A program made the position numbers and the translations under genes. Below are positions 39,421-51,080 of a stretch of DNA of 64,000 bases, piece by piece. Within the stretch, counting starts at the first letter, position 1. The number at the start of each line of letters is the position of its first letter. Source of the DNA: Ylistrum balloti (lineage: Eukaryota); assembly GCF_031769215.1 (NCBI RefSeq), contig NW_026782051.1:496001-560000 (forward strand), read 5' to 3'. The notes under the pieces were generated by a model. It searched no databases. It was given only the letters and a program-made list of their open reading frames with translations, and was not told where the DNA came from.

Positions 39421-42400
39421 TTCACAATTATATATTCATATAGCCGTTCATCTTTCTTCGAGAATAAATGCCCATAACAAGAGAAAAATGACGTTCTTTT
39501 TGTATGGTGGCGTACATGGTGAAAAAGATTAGTCAAAAACTCTTGGGAGTTCTTCAAAATCCATATACTATTAATTCCGCTTCTTGAGTAAACAGTATCA
39601 CTACTAAGGCTAATCCAGATTTCATAGTGCGTACAATGGTATATATTAGTTTTGGTAAAGGCTAGGTAGTTGTGAAGTTTAGGAATCCAATATAAACGAG
39701 GGATGTCCGTATCCTTATCACTAATACTAATTTTGTGAATACCTAATAAAGACTATAATAAAGATATCGTCAGGTGTCTAACACATTTGAACTATTTCGC
39801 ATTTGCCCGTGTGACGAAAACTACAAGTGAATTATGCTTTAATTCTTCCTGATGACAATTGTGAACTGATATTATTGATAATGAGACTTCAACATGTACG
39901 AAACTCAGTCGCCCGAAATATTTCAATTTTTTGAAAGGTCATATGCCAGAAAGTAATCTGAGGCAAAAATATAGAAATAATATATATGTTGCTTCAATGT
40001 TTTCATTGCTATAGGTGGCTTATCTTGCGTATTATTTTCGAGGCGAACTTTGTTTTTAACAAATTTCAGATAAAATAATATGCTAATGGGATAATGGGAT
40101 AAGAAGCAAAAAATGATTTCAAAAATACAAATCTCCATGCCTATCAAAAATGTAAATATTCAAAGAAATCGTTTAATAATCGAGTCCCTGTGCATATTTT
40201 TGTATTTTTTTAAAATTAATGACCATACTGAAATATTTAATTTTGTATCATAAAATTCTTGAAAAATTGTACACCAAGTCACCCTTCACGTATTTCAAAT
40301 CAATAACTTGTGGTGATAATTCATTTATAAGGGGAGCAAGTACCCTCACAACAGAAAACATTGTTGACTCTAAAAACAGAATCACAGAATATAGTCCCCA
40401 GAAATATAATTCATTTCATACCAAACTTTGTCGATTCTGGAAACAAGATAGCTGATACAATTAATACATTATTATCATTATACTTTTCTTTAACGAAGCA
40501 TCTCTAACTTACAGAAATGCATCTGCCATTTCTTAAGTCAAGTTATTCATCTCAACCCTTTTTCAATCACCAACAAACGCTGTTGTGAATTAATTTAGAT
40601 TATCTAAAAATACGACTCCTCATCACTGGCTGGACACATGTATACCGGAGATCTAAACTTTATCAAAATAATTAGCTTTGGATGTTAAAGCAGGATCCAA
40701 AATATCAAGAAATTCTTGCAATAGATCTTACTGTGATTTTCAAGAAACAAATGGAAAACAAACGAATTTAAATAGAAGGTGAAAGGAGAACATAATGAGT
40801 TGGATTAACTTTCAGAATGGATTAAAATTCCTTTTGGTCGTCCATTCTCTAAAAAAAAAAGTTTAAAATCTGAAAAGAATCAATGCAGAATATGTGGATG
40901 TGTATGCTTATGGTAAGGCTGATAACTTGATATTAAATTTCCTGGCAAATAAGCAAATTTACACGATATACTTGGAAACCCAACCTACACATTATAGAAT
41001 ATTTCGTAAGACAAAGCACGTGCTAGCTAATAATACTTCATTCAAATGAATTGTTCATGATAAGGACCTTCCTCGTTTATATTGGATTCATTCAACGAGT
41101 TGCTTAACCAAACAATTATCCATCTTCTTACAACTTTTCTTGTCAGCATTTAGTGTGATGGTTAAGTTATTCTACAAACAACTGACATATCCACGGGAAC
41201 TAATTGTGTCCGTTTCTTGGCCGAATTAGTTTTCATTTTCATACGAGGTTTAATTTAACAAGCGATTATCAAAATTTTGATTTGTCCATGACGATATATC
41301 GATGGCATCTTGTTTCAAATAACAAGAAATGTTGTTATTATGTAATTCATTTTTACTCACAAGATTTGGAAATCAACAAAACAACAAATATATTTACCTA
41401 CTGTTGTACAATGCAGTCAATGAAAACTTATTTCCGCTACCTTTTGATAATAACGATTCCCTTATTGTGATTTATTTATTTTAGAAAATTCAACGATCGC
41501 TCCTTAAAGTCCTTAAAGCAGAAATAATTATGAAAAAACAATGTTACGGGCATTCTCCAAAAGCTTTCCAATTTTATTTATATAGATATTACAATGATTA
41601 ATTAATTGACTAAAGATATTTCCGGCGTGCACCAAAACAAATTACTAAATGTAATCTCAGATAGATAAGCTCATGTCTAGACAAATTTTACGAAAGAAAA
41701 ATGGTTATTTTACTTCAATCTACAAAAGTTTATAAGGATCTTGAACGACCCATTTTAATGAGATAAGTATCGTGTTATTATAGGAAGTTGCACATATTTT
41801 CTTCTTTTTAAATTGACCCGAAAACGCTTTCATACTTTGTCCAGAAATTTTTTCAACCTCATCATTATCTAACATTATGCATCGGTTAGCTTGTAATAAA
41901 ATGACATGTAACAGATATCAGAGGTGCCATCCGCAAGTAACATATATAATGACACCTGTTGATTTTTTTAATAATTATTAAATAAGAAAAATATCAAATG
42001 ATGATCACGACCCAAGCAAAAAGAACTCCAATAATGATAAACATTGTTCATATTTTGTATTTGAATTGTGAAAATGTAATACTATTGTATTACACTAAAA
42101 AGATAAGTAAAAAATGTAGACTGTACATTTTTTTTTATATAAATCACTGCAAACTCAAACGTACAAGTTTGCTGGTGTATTTATGTTTGAAACAAAAGAA
42201 AGTACGCCAAGTTGACTGTCATTCTGTTATGTTCTTAAATTCGAATTTACAGACACGATATCAACAGCAAATAGTTAAAAAATTAAAATAAAGCTAGAAG
42301 TGATATAGATGACAAGATAGTACGCTGAGCCAATGGGCTTCATTGCAATTGTAGGAATGTTTGTCACAATCGTTAATATTTCCGTTGAATATTTTTTTCG

Positions 42401-42779
42401 ACTACCGATTTGGTATAACTGAAGATACATCTATTCATATGTCTGTCTGTATGTTATACGAGTTTGAGTTTTTGTCGCTTTTCTTCTCTTAGAAGCATAT
42501 CATATACTTAGAAGCCATCAATATATACGATAATATTTCTAAAATTCTCTGATTTCTGTGATTAATCTATTAAAGCTGCGGTGATTCTAAATTAAAATTG
42601 CCCATATTTGGTACGGAAAACGCAGCCTACTTCTTCTACAAAATCTACATAGTATGATATATATGATTCACGTCGTCGTCGATAATGGACAATGATAATA
42701 AAATTAACATCTTAGTTATTACCAATCATTTCATAAATGGCGATTGATACCAAACTTCAGTTAATAAAATCTAAATGAA

Positions 42780-42973
42780 TACTGTATACAGGGGAATTTT
42801 CGCTTTAATTACCCCCCTTTTCGTCCAAGAACATGGAGGGCGAATTGAAGATGGGGCGAACATTTGTTGCACGTATGTAACTCTTTTATATAATCCTCAG
42901 AATTGAATGGGTTGAATTCGTATGTAATTGTGCAAGGACGAAAACAAACTGGGATGTATCCCGGTATACAGTA
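42780..42973. mobile_element. MITE, about 190 bp
   Basis: Ends TACTGTATACAGGG and CCCGGTATACAGTA are inverted repeats with one mismatch and TA termini. Confidence 0.7.
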
Positions 42974-43217
42974 ATAATCCGAATTCATCACTTACAATCA
43001 ACTACGGATATAAAACATGAGTCCGGATTTTTTTTTTAAATGAATAGATTAATTAGGATCTATATCTGATAATCAGATCCATAAGATCTAAGGATACTGT
43101 TTTTTGAAAAGCAACTGCTTGAGCGACAAACAAACAAGAAGAAAATAAAATGGTGACATTTTAATTTGTTTCCATGATGAATTTCTATTTGCACAGTGAA
43201 TGTATACTGCAATCCTC

Positions 43218-45872
43218 TTAGATCCGACAGGAGCATACTCTTTCTGAAAACTAGAAACAATCAATTAGTTAGATAAGTAAGGATAGTGTGAAAATATCAC
43301 GAAGTGAAGCAGGTGGTTTTCTATGAAAGGCATATGGATAAGCAGATTATCATTAATTATTTTTGAAGACTCAATATAAATCGCCATTTGGCCATTTTAT
43401 AAATTTGTGTTTCTTGTAAGTAAAATCCAGAATTATTAGTGGAGTTTGACAAAAGAACATGATAGTAAAGAACAATAACGTCGATTTTCATATTGAGTGA
43501 AAACACCTGAATATACTGAAACAGGAATGCGAGTTTTGATTCAAACAAATTATCCATAAGTTATGTCGTATGACAGATTCCTACCATTTCTTTACCAGAA
43601 ATTCACGCTCCTACCTTCTTAATGAAAAGTCCTAACCATGCACAATTATATAACTGACATCATAATAACAAAGCGGCAGCTAAGTAAACACATGCATTGA
43701 GTCGGAAAGAAATGACATAACCATTAACACAGTAACATCTAGTCCTGTAGACGGAACTTTCACGAAGAAGGTCCATCCTCGCACGATAAAGAATTCTCTG
43801 TGGTTTGTAGAGGTAGACACGATATACAACGACATTGGAACGGAAGTGATAAATAAGATGGACATCAATAGTTATCTTTTTGAAAAAAAAAACCTCAGCT
43901 CCCTTCCAGGAATTCAAGAGATTTGTCTTTAGCGAGGCTACAAATGATACCCGATAAATAATAAGAATAAGGCCAAATTAAGGTCGAGAGAACCGTCTTG
44001 CGAAATTCTGCACGGACGGTATCACAATAGTAGGACGAATCAGGAATACCAAGTGATTGATAATCGCAGAACACATGTAACCGACCAACAAACCAACAAA
44101 CTCACGTGATGATTCACTTCTTCACAAACAATAAATCTTGGAAATTATCTTACTAAAACACCAAGAATATGTTAGTTCTAGTATAATTACCATGTATCGT
44201 TCACAGATGTACTCCTTAGGTAGATGACACTGTTCGTCGTCCCAACTGTAGCCCCTGCTAGCCCACATTAGAGCGCAGTCCTGTTCGAGTCCTCTCCAGC
44301 TGTTTGGCTCGCCATGTGCCCAGTCTCTACAGTCTCGGTTTATTTCTCCAGTGTTAGGGTTCCACGACCATATCCCTTCATGTCTGATGTCATTTCCACT
44401 GAACCAGTAATTTCTTTCTAGAAATAAGTACCAAATGATATTTAATGGATTTGTAAAAGCAAGGTAATCTCCACTCGATACCAATTACTTATACTTAGCA
44501 GATCTTGATGGAAACCCTTGAGAAAATACCTAATACATTTTCCATAAGATCTGTTTTACGACGTCCTTGTTATTGTACCACTAACTACTACTTATCATCC
44601 AGCCACCAACACCCATCCAACCCCAATCCCATTCCAAGAAAATCAAATTACTGATGGTTGTCTCATTGCATTAAGTTATAACTTTAATTTTCAATAGTGA
44701 TAAACTTTTCATCATGAATGTATAATATATATCTAAAAATTGTGGTCATGGTGAAGTTTCTATCATATTTATTGTCAAAAATACTTACTATTACATAGCT
44801 TTTTGACGTGATTTTTGACCCACCATAACTCCTTAGGAGAGTTAAAGGAGACAAGAGCTCCTCCGAGTCTGGCACATTCGTACTGTGTAATAAAAAAATC
44901 ACTTTGTGAATGTTTTTTGAACGAGAAAATTCGTAACGTCATATAATCATTTTATTTCATCAAGGAAACATAAGCATTTCTTCTTTTTGTGCATATTTAT
45001 ACTTATTTCAATTGCAACATAAATCCGCAATAACGCGAACAAGTTATTTAATTGATATTTTCCTTTGTCAATTATATTACAAGCTTAATAATCAAAATTC
45101 ACAGCACCATGAACATTTCCTTCAGCGTGAAATTATCTTACCGTTGCTTCATACCAGGATTTTTTCACGGTGCTGAAGAGATAGCAATGTCCACCATTTG
45201 GAACCCATCCTGGTGGACATGCCCAGCCAGCCACTGAAATAAAAAGCGTGTCAACAAGCCTATATATCTTAAAAGTTACGAAACCAAGACATGTTTTTCA
45301 CTTTGGGTTTCTCATTGACATAACTGTAAATGAAAATTTCAACATAATAATCATCTCTTAGCATAAAATAACTGCATCCCTAGGCGACTCGTTTTAATTT
45401 TTATACGACACTGAATTGATCAGAACTGATAACAAATATCTTACCAAGTCCTTCCGTGTCACTTTTGAATAAATACTACACTAAAACACAAGGAAAGGAC
45501 ATTGACTCAAATGTCAAAAACTAACAAACAAAAAGACCAAAATAGTCGCTGACAAAAGGGACAAAGTACACAGACTATAGAAAAAGGGGAAGAAAAAGAC
45601 CAGAAATACTCTAGATTGGATGTGTGACTTTCCGTAAAGTGAAAGGTAAAATTCAGGAGAAAACACATATATGTAGGTTACAGCTATGTAACATACTACT
45701 TTTATCCGTCAAAACCTCTCCTGAATCGTGTTAATCAATTGTTCATTACTCTACATATCTACAATGTAAAATAGGTTACAAAAGTTCCGTTTGTCTATTT
45801 GGTTTCTATATTTATCATACCTTCTGTGCACAATACGGCACCAAACAGCAGCGAAATCAACGCGACGTTCAT
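43218..45872 (-). CDS. Secreted perlucin-like C-type lectin (copy B), intact, 5 exons, 163 aa
   Basis: Exons 45872-45821, 45233-45142, 44882-44789, 44417-44191 and 43244-43218 all join in phase with GT/AG. Product: MNVALISLLFGAVLCTEVAGWACPPGW..HCYLF..SWYEATYECARLGGALV..KRNYWFSGND..WAHGEPNSWRGLEQDCALM..WDDEQCHLPKEYICERYMKRVCSCRI. The last exon is inferred from conservation in both copies. Confidence 0.9.
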
Positions 45873-47229
45873 CTTTGGATGTATCTAGATGCTGTCCAGA
45901 GGAATGCAATGTAACACAGACAAGGAAACTGTTTTATAGGCTTGAGATTACGTTCTTACATCTGTGGGCGGCAATATTACATGTAAATGTGCTTCTAAGT
46001 ATATAAAAGTCTTGTTATCTCCTTAATACCTAAATAAGTTTATTACTTACAACTCACGAACTACCAAGGTAACGTGTAGTAGAGTTGTAATTCCTTGTGT
46101 ACCTAACTACACCTGTTACCCATACTTGTTATTAACTTCAATAAGTGTCAATACCTTGTTACTTGACAATAAATCATGTCCACGTGAAATCAGACTTCCC
46201 AATTAAGATATCTGGATCATTTATACGAAACTCTTTAAGTTCATATTGATGACTAATTGGTAGGATTTTTTCGCCCATTTCGGTCACAAAAATAACAATT
46301 CAATGAAAGGCCTTTAGCAACTGACAGAACATCCATTGGATTACGTTCAACACGTACAACCATCTATATAGGATGTAAAGAGATATCATTTGCAGCTCTA
46401 TATTGCGAACTACTACAATATCAACTACACTTCAACATTATAAAACATAATAACATAACAGACCGATCACTTGTTCGTATATCATACATAATGAAATAGG
46501 CACTGCCTAAAAGCGAGCACAAGTTGGTCAACAATATATTCATGCTCGAAACTTAACAGCCCAGACATGACTTTGCGATGAGTAAATTGGCACTTTTCAG
46601 TGGAAGGTTTTACGTGTTTTATTGTAGAATGGCTGCCCTCTCCACCCCCTCCCTCTTATTTTGGCAATGATGTATATAAAACTAATAATATGTTGATTTT
46701 AGTTTCTTTCTTGTAATTTCTGCACTTCACAAAACGTTATAGTTTTTGTACCACGTGAAAAGTACCACAGTACACTAAGGTCGGAAGAGGAGTAACGCGG
46801 TGCACACAGGATGTATACCCGACATCAACAACAACATCTGTGACAACAACATATGGTCAGATTGTAATAGGTTGTTTGTCGTCATCAACATCACACATAT
46901 GTTAACATGTATATACATATAACAACTATTTGCCTAAAGCGATTGGTCATCTCACTTGGAAAACAATTCCACGTTTATCATTAGTAATGAAAACCTGACG
47001 AATACTGGTAAAACAGGTGCACGATTTTAATAAATCAATGTTACCTGTGTGCTGATTACAAGTATACGACGCACCTTTGTCAATTGCATCATTCTGTTTT
47101 CGGACATATGTACTTGTGCTGAATTAATTAAATCACATCGAGATTAAAATGGCTTGATTTTAATCTTTAGTTTGTTTGTTATCTTGAAACAGTAATTACC
47201 AATCAATTCAATCTCAATGTGTTATTGAC

Positions 47230-47236
47230 TATAAAA
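47230..47236 (+). promoter_or_regulatory. TATA box of the LPMO gene
   Basis: TATAAAA starting 38 bp upstream of the ATG at 47268. Confidence 0.5.
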
Positions 47237-47267
47237 GCAAGACTCCCTCTACTATCGTAAAGCCACG

Positions 47268-50020
47268 ATGATTCGAGTTCTGTTATTGCTAGCCCTCTGT
47301 CAGTCGGTGCGGGGACATGGACGAATGTTGGAACCCCCACAGCGGTCCTCCCTGTGGCGCTTTTACCCAGGAGACGACCGTTTCATACCCAACTATAACG
47401 ATAATCAACTGTTCTGTGGAGGATTCTCGGTAAGTTACTACCTGTAGTTAGTTGATCACAGGTGAAATTCACGTACTATTCACACCAAAGGGATAGAAGC
47501 TTAGACGGGAAAGAAAGATGGACTGTTCATCCCTCCCTTACCTATCCCCCTTCCCCTTTCAGAACCGAGGTCACTCAGCTCGGGTAACTTGAGTATTAAA
47601 TCAAGGAGATACAGATAATGCTACTCATGGTATTACATAAAATGATTTCCCTTATAACAACCAGTCAAAATTTTGTGATATTCCACTTTTTTTTCATACA
47701 AAACCATTTTGTGTAATTACACAAAAGACAAAGCATCATTCTATAAAATTTTGACGGCTAGGTTTCTACCCAATACATATTTTCATTTAAAGTGGTGCTT
47801 GTTTATCAAAGAGGATTTCCCAGGATTTCACTTCCAAAATTTCCTGCGCACAGCCCACGGACTCCACGATATCTGTATCCCGCCTTTTGAAAGCTAGCTT
47901 TATTTTTCTTTACATGAATGTTGTATGTGCTGTTGTTTCATTTCTGAGTTTCTGCATATAGAAAAACAAAACACCGACTCTGAAAACAAATCATATATGG
48001 TACTGTGACGGTATATACTCTGTTATAGTACAGCTTTTTCTTAGTACAGTTTCGTAATCTATTAATGTATCCATGCCTTTGTTAATGTAACTAGTCGGCA
48101 GATGTAACAAACGAATTACAAATACCTACCTTCCGGAAAATATTCCGATTTGTGTAAATGTCCAAATAGGTAACTGATGTCATTCCAGAGTGAAACCAGC
48201 GACACTTACTACTATGCTGTTTTAAAACTGAATTTGATATTTATAGAATAAAAATATTACATGTTTAAAGAATAATTGGTTTATTTTTAAATTTGAATCC
48301 AATGAAAGTTTAGCTATCTATCTAAATCTGTTACGGGTAAAAGTCATCCAACTTCGACTTTTCGATTTTGGCTGTCGCCTCAGTGGAATTATGTGCTCTT
48401 TGTATCACGAAAATAGAAACAAAATTTCTTAAAATGGTTGTCCTTGTAGAATTACATATACTTCTATTTCTCTAAAACAAAAACAACACGAAAAAACGCA
48501 TATTTTGGCAAATCAAGTGGTCATTTATTCAAAGAACAATGTATATTATTATTGAACGTGTATCTTCATTAACATATAACATAATTTATATACTTATATC
48601 TGTATAACGGTAGATATACAAGGGCTTTGATAGGTCTCTATCTTTTTCGCGATTTCTTATATCTTAATGAGATTTATATTATCAAAGTGTTAATAAGATA
48701 TTTCATAAAACAAATAAGATATCTTATATTGCTTCATTATCTAATGAATAACAACATGGCTTACCATACATATGGTCACGTCAATCACATCTCAACGGCT
48801 GAAAATCAGTGCCACGATTCGTTATACATCTTATGTTATAATTAAGAAACTCTGTAAGTACATTTTCAAATCGATCTTTCAGGTTATGCAAAGTAACGGC
48901 GGGAAATGTGGTGCATGTGGTGACCCGTATGACGGGGTACGGGAAAATGAGGCTGGCGGCAAATACGCAACAGGTTTCATCGCTCGAAACTACAACAAGG
49001 GGCAGATAATTGACGTCACGATCGATCTAACAACCTCACACATGGGGTTCTTCCAATTTAAAATATGTCCTCATGATGACGTGACGACACCAGTTACTCA
49101 GACCTGTTTGGACGACCATGTTCTTAAATTTACAAATGGTGATTCGAAATGGCCGGCTACCATCACCGGGGTTTATGATCTCCAGCTTCAGCTTCCGTCG
49201 GATATGACCTGTGACCAATGCGTCATTCAGTGGTACTACAGAGCAGGTAATGCAATGGTTTATGACATATGTAGGCTTTAGGACATAGTATAACAAGTGA
49301 TTTAAGGCTGGGTTGTTCATTTATGTATCTATTCATTTTAATGGGCAATACGTAACTAGGGCATATTTATTAAAATGGTCTGTTTTCCTTAAATTATCTT
49401 ATTTTCACCTTATCTTGGATCCATTTCAAAATAATTTTTTTCAGTCGTTATATGGTTTATTTACGAACAGTGATGCCAATAATGAATTATTGACAGATTA
49501 AACGATTATACAATTTGTTTACGTTACATAAATGAAGTTGCCATCATATGTGTTTCCAGGAAATAACTGGGGCGTTGACCAAATAACCGGAGAAGCATGT
49601 CTCGGATGTGGTGAACAGGAAACATTCATCAATTGTGCTGATGTCAGCATATCCGGAACGGGCCCATCGGCACTACCAACAGCACCACCAACGGCACCAC
49701 CAACAGCACCACCAACACAAGGTCCCCCTTATACTCCAGCACCGTTGACGACAAAAATGCCAAGTGATGATGGTACGTGTCCAGATGGGTACAGAACACG
49801 ATGTCGAGGAAACGGAGTGTTAGACGGGTGTTGTAACATCATATGTCAGAACCAGGCCTGTGACTCGAACTTTTGCACGTGCGACTGCTTTCCGGATATG
49901 ACGTGTGAAGGCATAGGTCCTTTGAAGGATGTGATATATGCAGCGGAGTACTGCTTCTACCACTGTTTGGATGGATGTCCTGGGTTAAGTAACAGTTGTT
50001 TATGTCACTCTAGTATGTGA
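47268..50020 (+). CDS. Secreted lytic polysaccharide monooxygenase, family AA15, with a Pro/Thr linker and Cys-rich C-terminal modules; 3 exons
   Basis: Exons 47268-47429, 48883-49246 and 49560-50020 join in phase. Signal peptide MIRVLLLLALCQSVRG, then His1 in HGRMLEPPQRSS; NDNQLFCGG, GKCGACGDP, second His in LTTSHMGFFQF, CDQCVIQWYY, NNWG and CGEQETFINCADV. Confidence 0.95.
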
Positions 50021-50583
50021 AAAGAATACCTTTTAACATGCCTAACAAGACGATAGTAATGCCATGTTACTACAGAACTACAAATGAATAGTAATTATAA
50101 AATGGATTCTTTCACATTACGTGATCTTGATCGACTGCCAGACTGTGTTAATCCGAATGTATTTCTAACCTCTAATTGATTATCAATTCAGACGAGTTTT
50201 TCGACTATCTTGCACTCTTGCACAATGTGTGGGTCATACTTATCGATATTCCATTCTATTTCTCGAAACTCCGGGAAAAACAACTTGTATGAATAAACAC
50301 TACGACATACCAGACAACTCCTTGTTTTTTCTTGCTTTTTTACGAATACGTATTATTTATTCCAATAGGCACTATCACTTCAGAACAAAACATCTCTGAT
50401 AAAACAACAGTACTTCTTACTCGGTTAGGTTAGTTTAGGTAACGTTAAATATGTTCAACATAACTGTCAAATTTTCGCAGGTGACGAACATGCATACAAT
50501 GTGATGATAACAAAAAGGGTAAGATCGATTTCACACATCCACCCACAGTTACCAATATTGGTATTGTGACTGTTGCTAGCTAC

Positions 50584-50625
<42 letters not shown>
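50584..50625. repeat. (TTGA)n microsatellite, about 10 copies
   Basis: Direct reading. Confidence 0.98.
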
Positions 50626-50678
50626 ATACTAGTATTAAACTCCGTACCAGACGCTGCCAACTCATGACTTCTGGTATA

Positions 50679-51080
50679 ACTGTCTGGACCTTGACTGGAC
50701 CTTTCGTGTTCCCTTATTTTATCACTAGCCTGGACATTGCCTTGACTGTCTGGACCTTGACTGGACCTTTCGTGTTCCCTTATTTTATCACTAGCCTGGA
50801 CATTGTCTTGACTGTCTGGACCTTGACTGAACCTTTCGTGTTCCCTTATTTTATCACTAGCCTGGACATTGCCTTGACTGTCTGGACCTTGACTGGACCT
50901 TTCGTATTCCCTTATTTTATCACTAGCCTGGACATTGCCTTGACTGTCTAGACCTTGACTGGACCTTTGGTGTTCCCTTACTTTACCACCAGCCTGGATC
51001 TTTACTGGACTCCCTGGACATGGACTGGCTGGACTTTTTAAATTCCGTTACTTTAACACTAGCCTTGACCTTGCCGGGAC
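50679..51080. repeat. 66-bp minisatellite: 4 near-identical and about 2 degenerate copies
   Basis: Unit ACTGTCTGGACCTTGACTGGACCTTTCGTGTTCCCTTATTTTATCACTAGCCTGGACATTGCCTTG at 50679, 50745, 50811, 50877 and 50943. Confidence 0.95.

Noticed and set aside
44122-44484. 120-aa single-exon lectin ORF as given in the track
   Set aside because: It is exon 4 of a 5-exon gene; both ends of the ORF are intronic.
50616-50951. 111-aa hydrophobic repeat ORF
   Set aside because: It starts inside a microsatellite and arises from the 66-bp array; there is no splice or start context.
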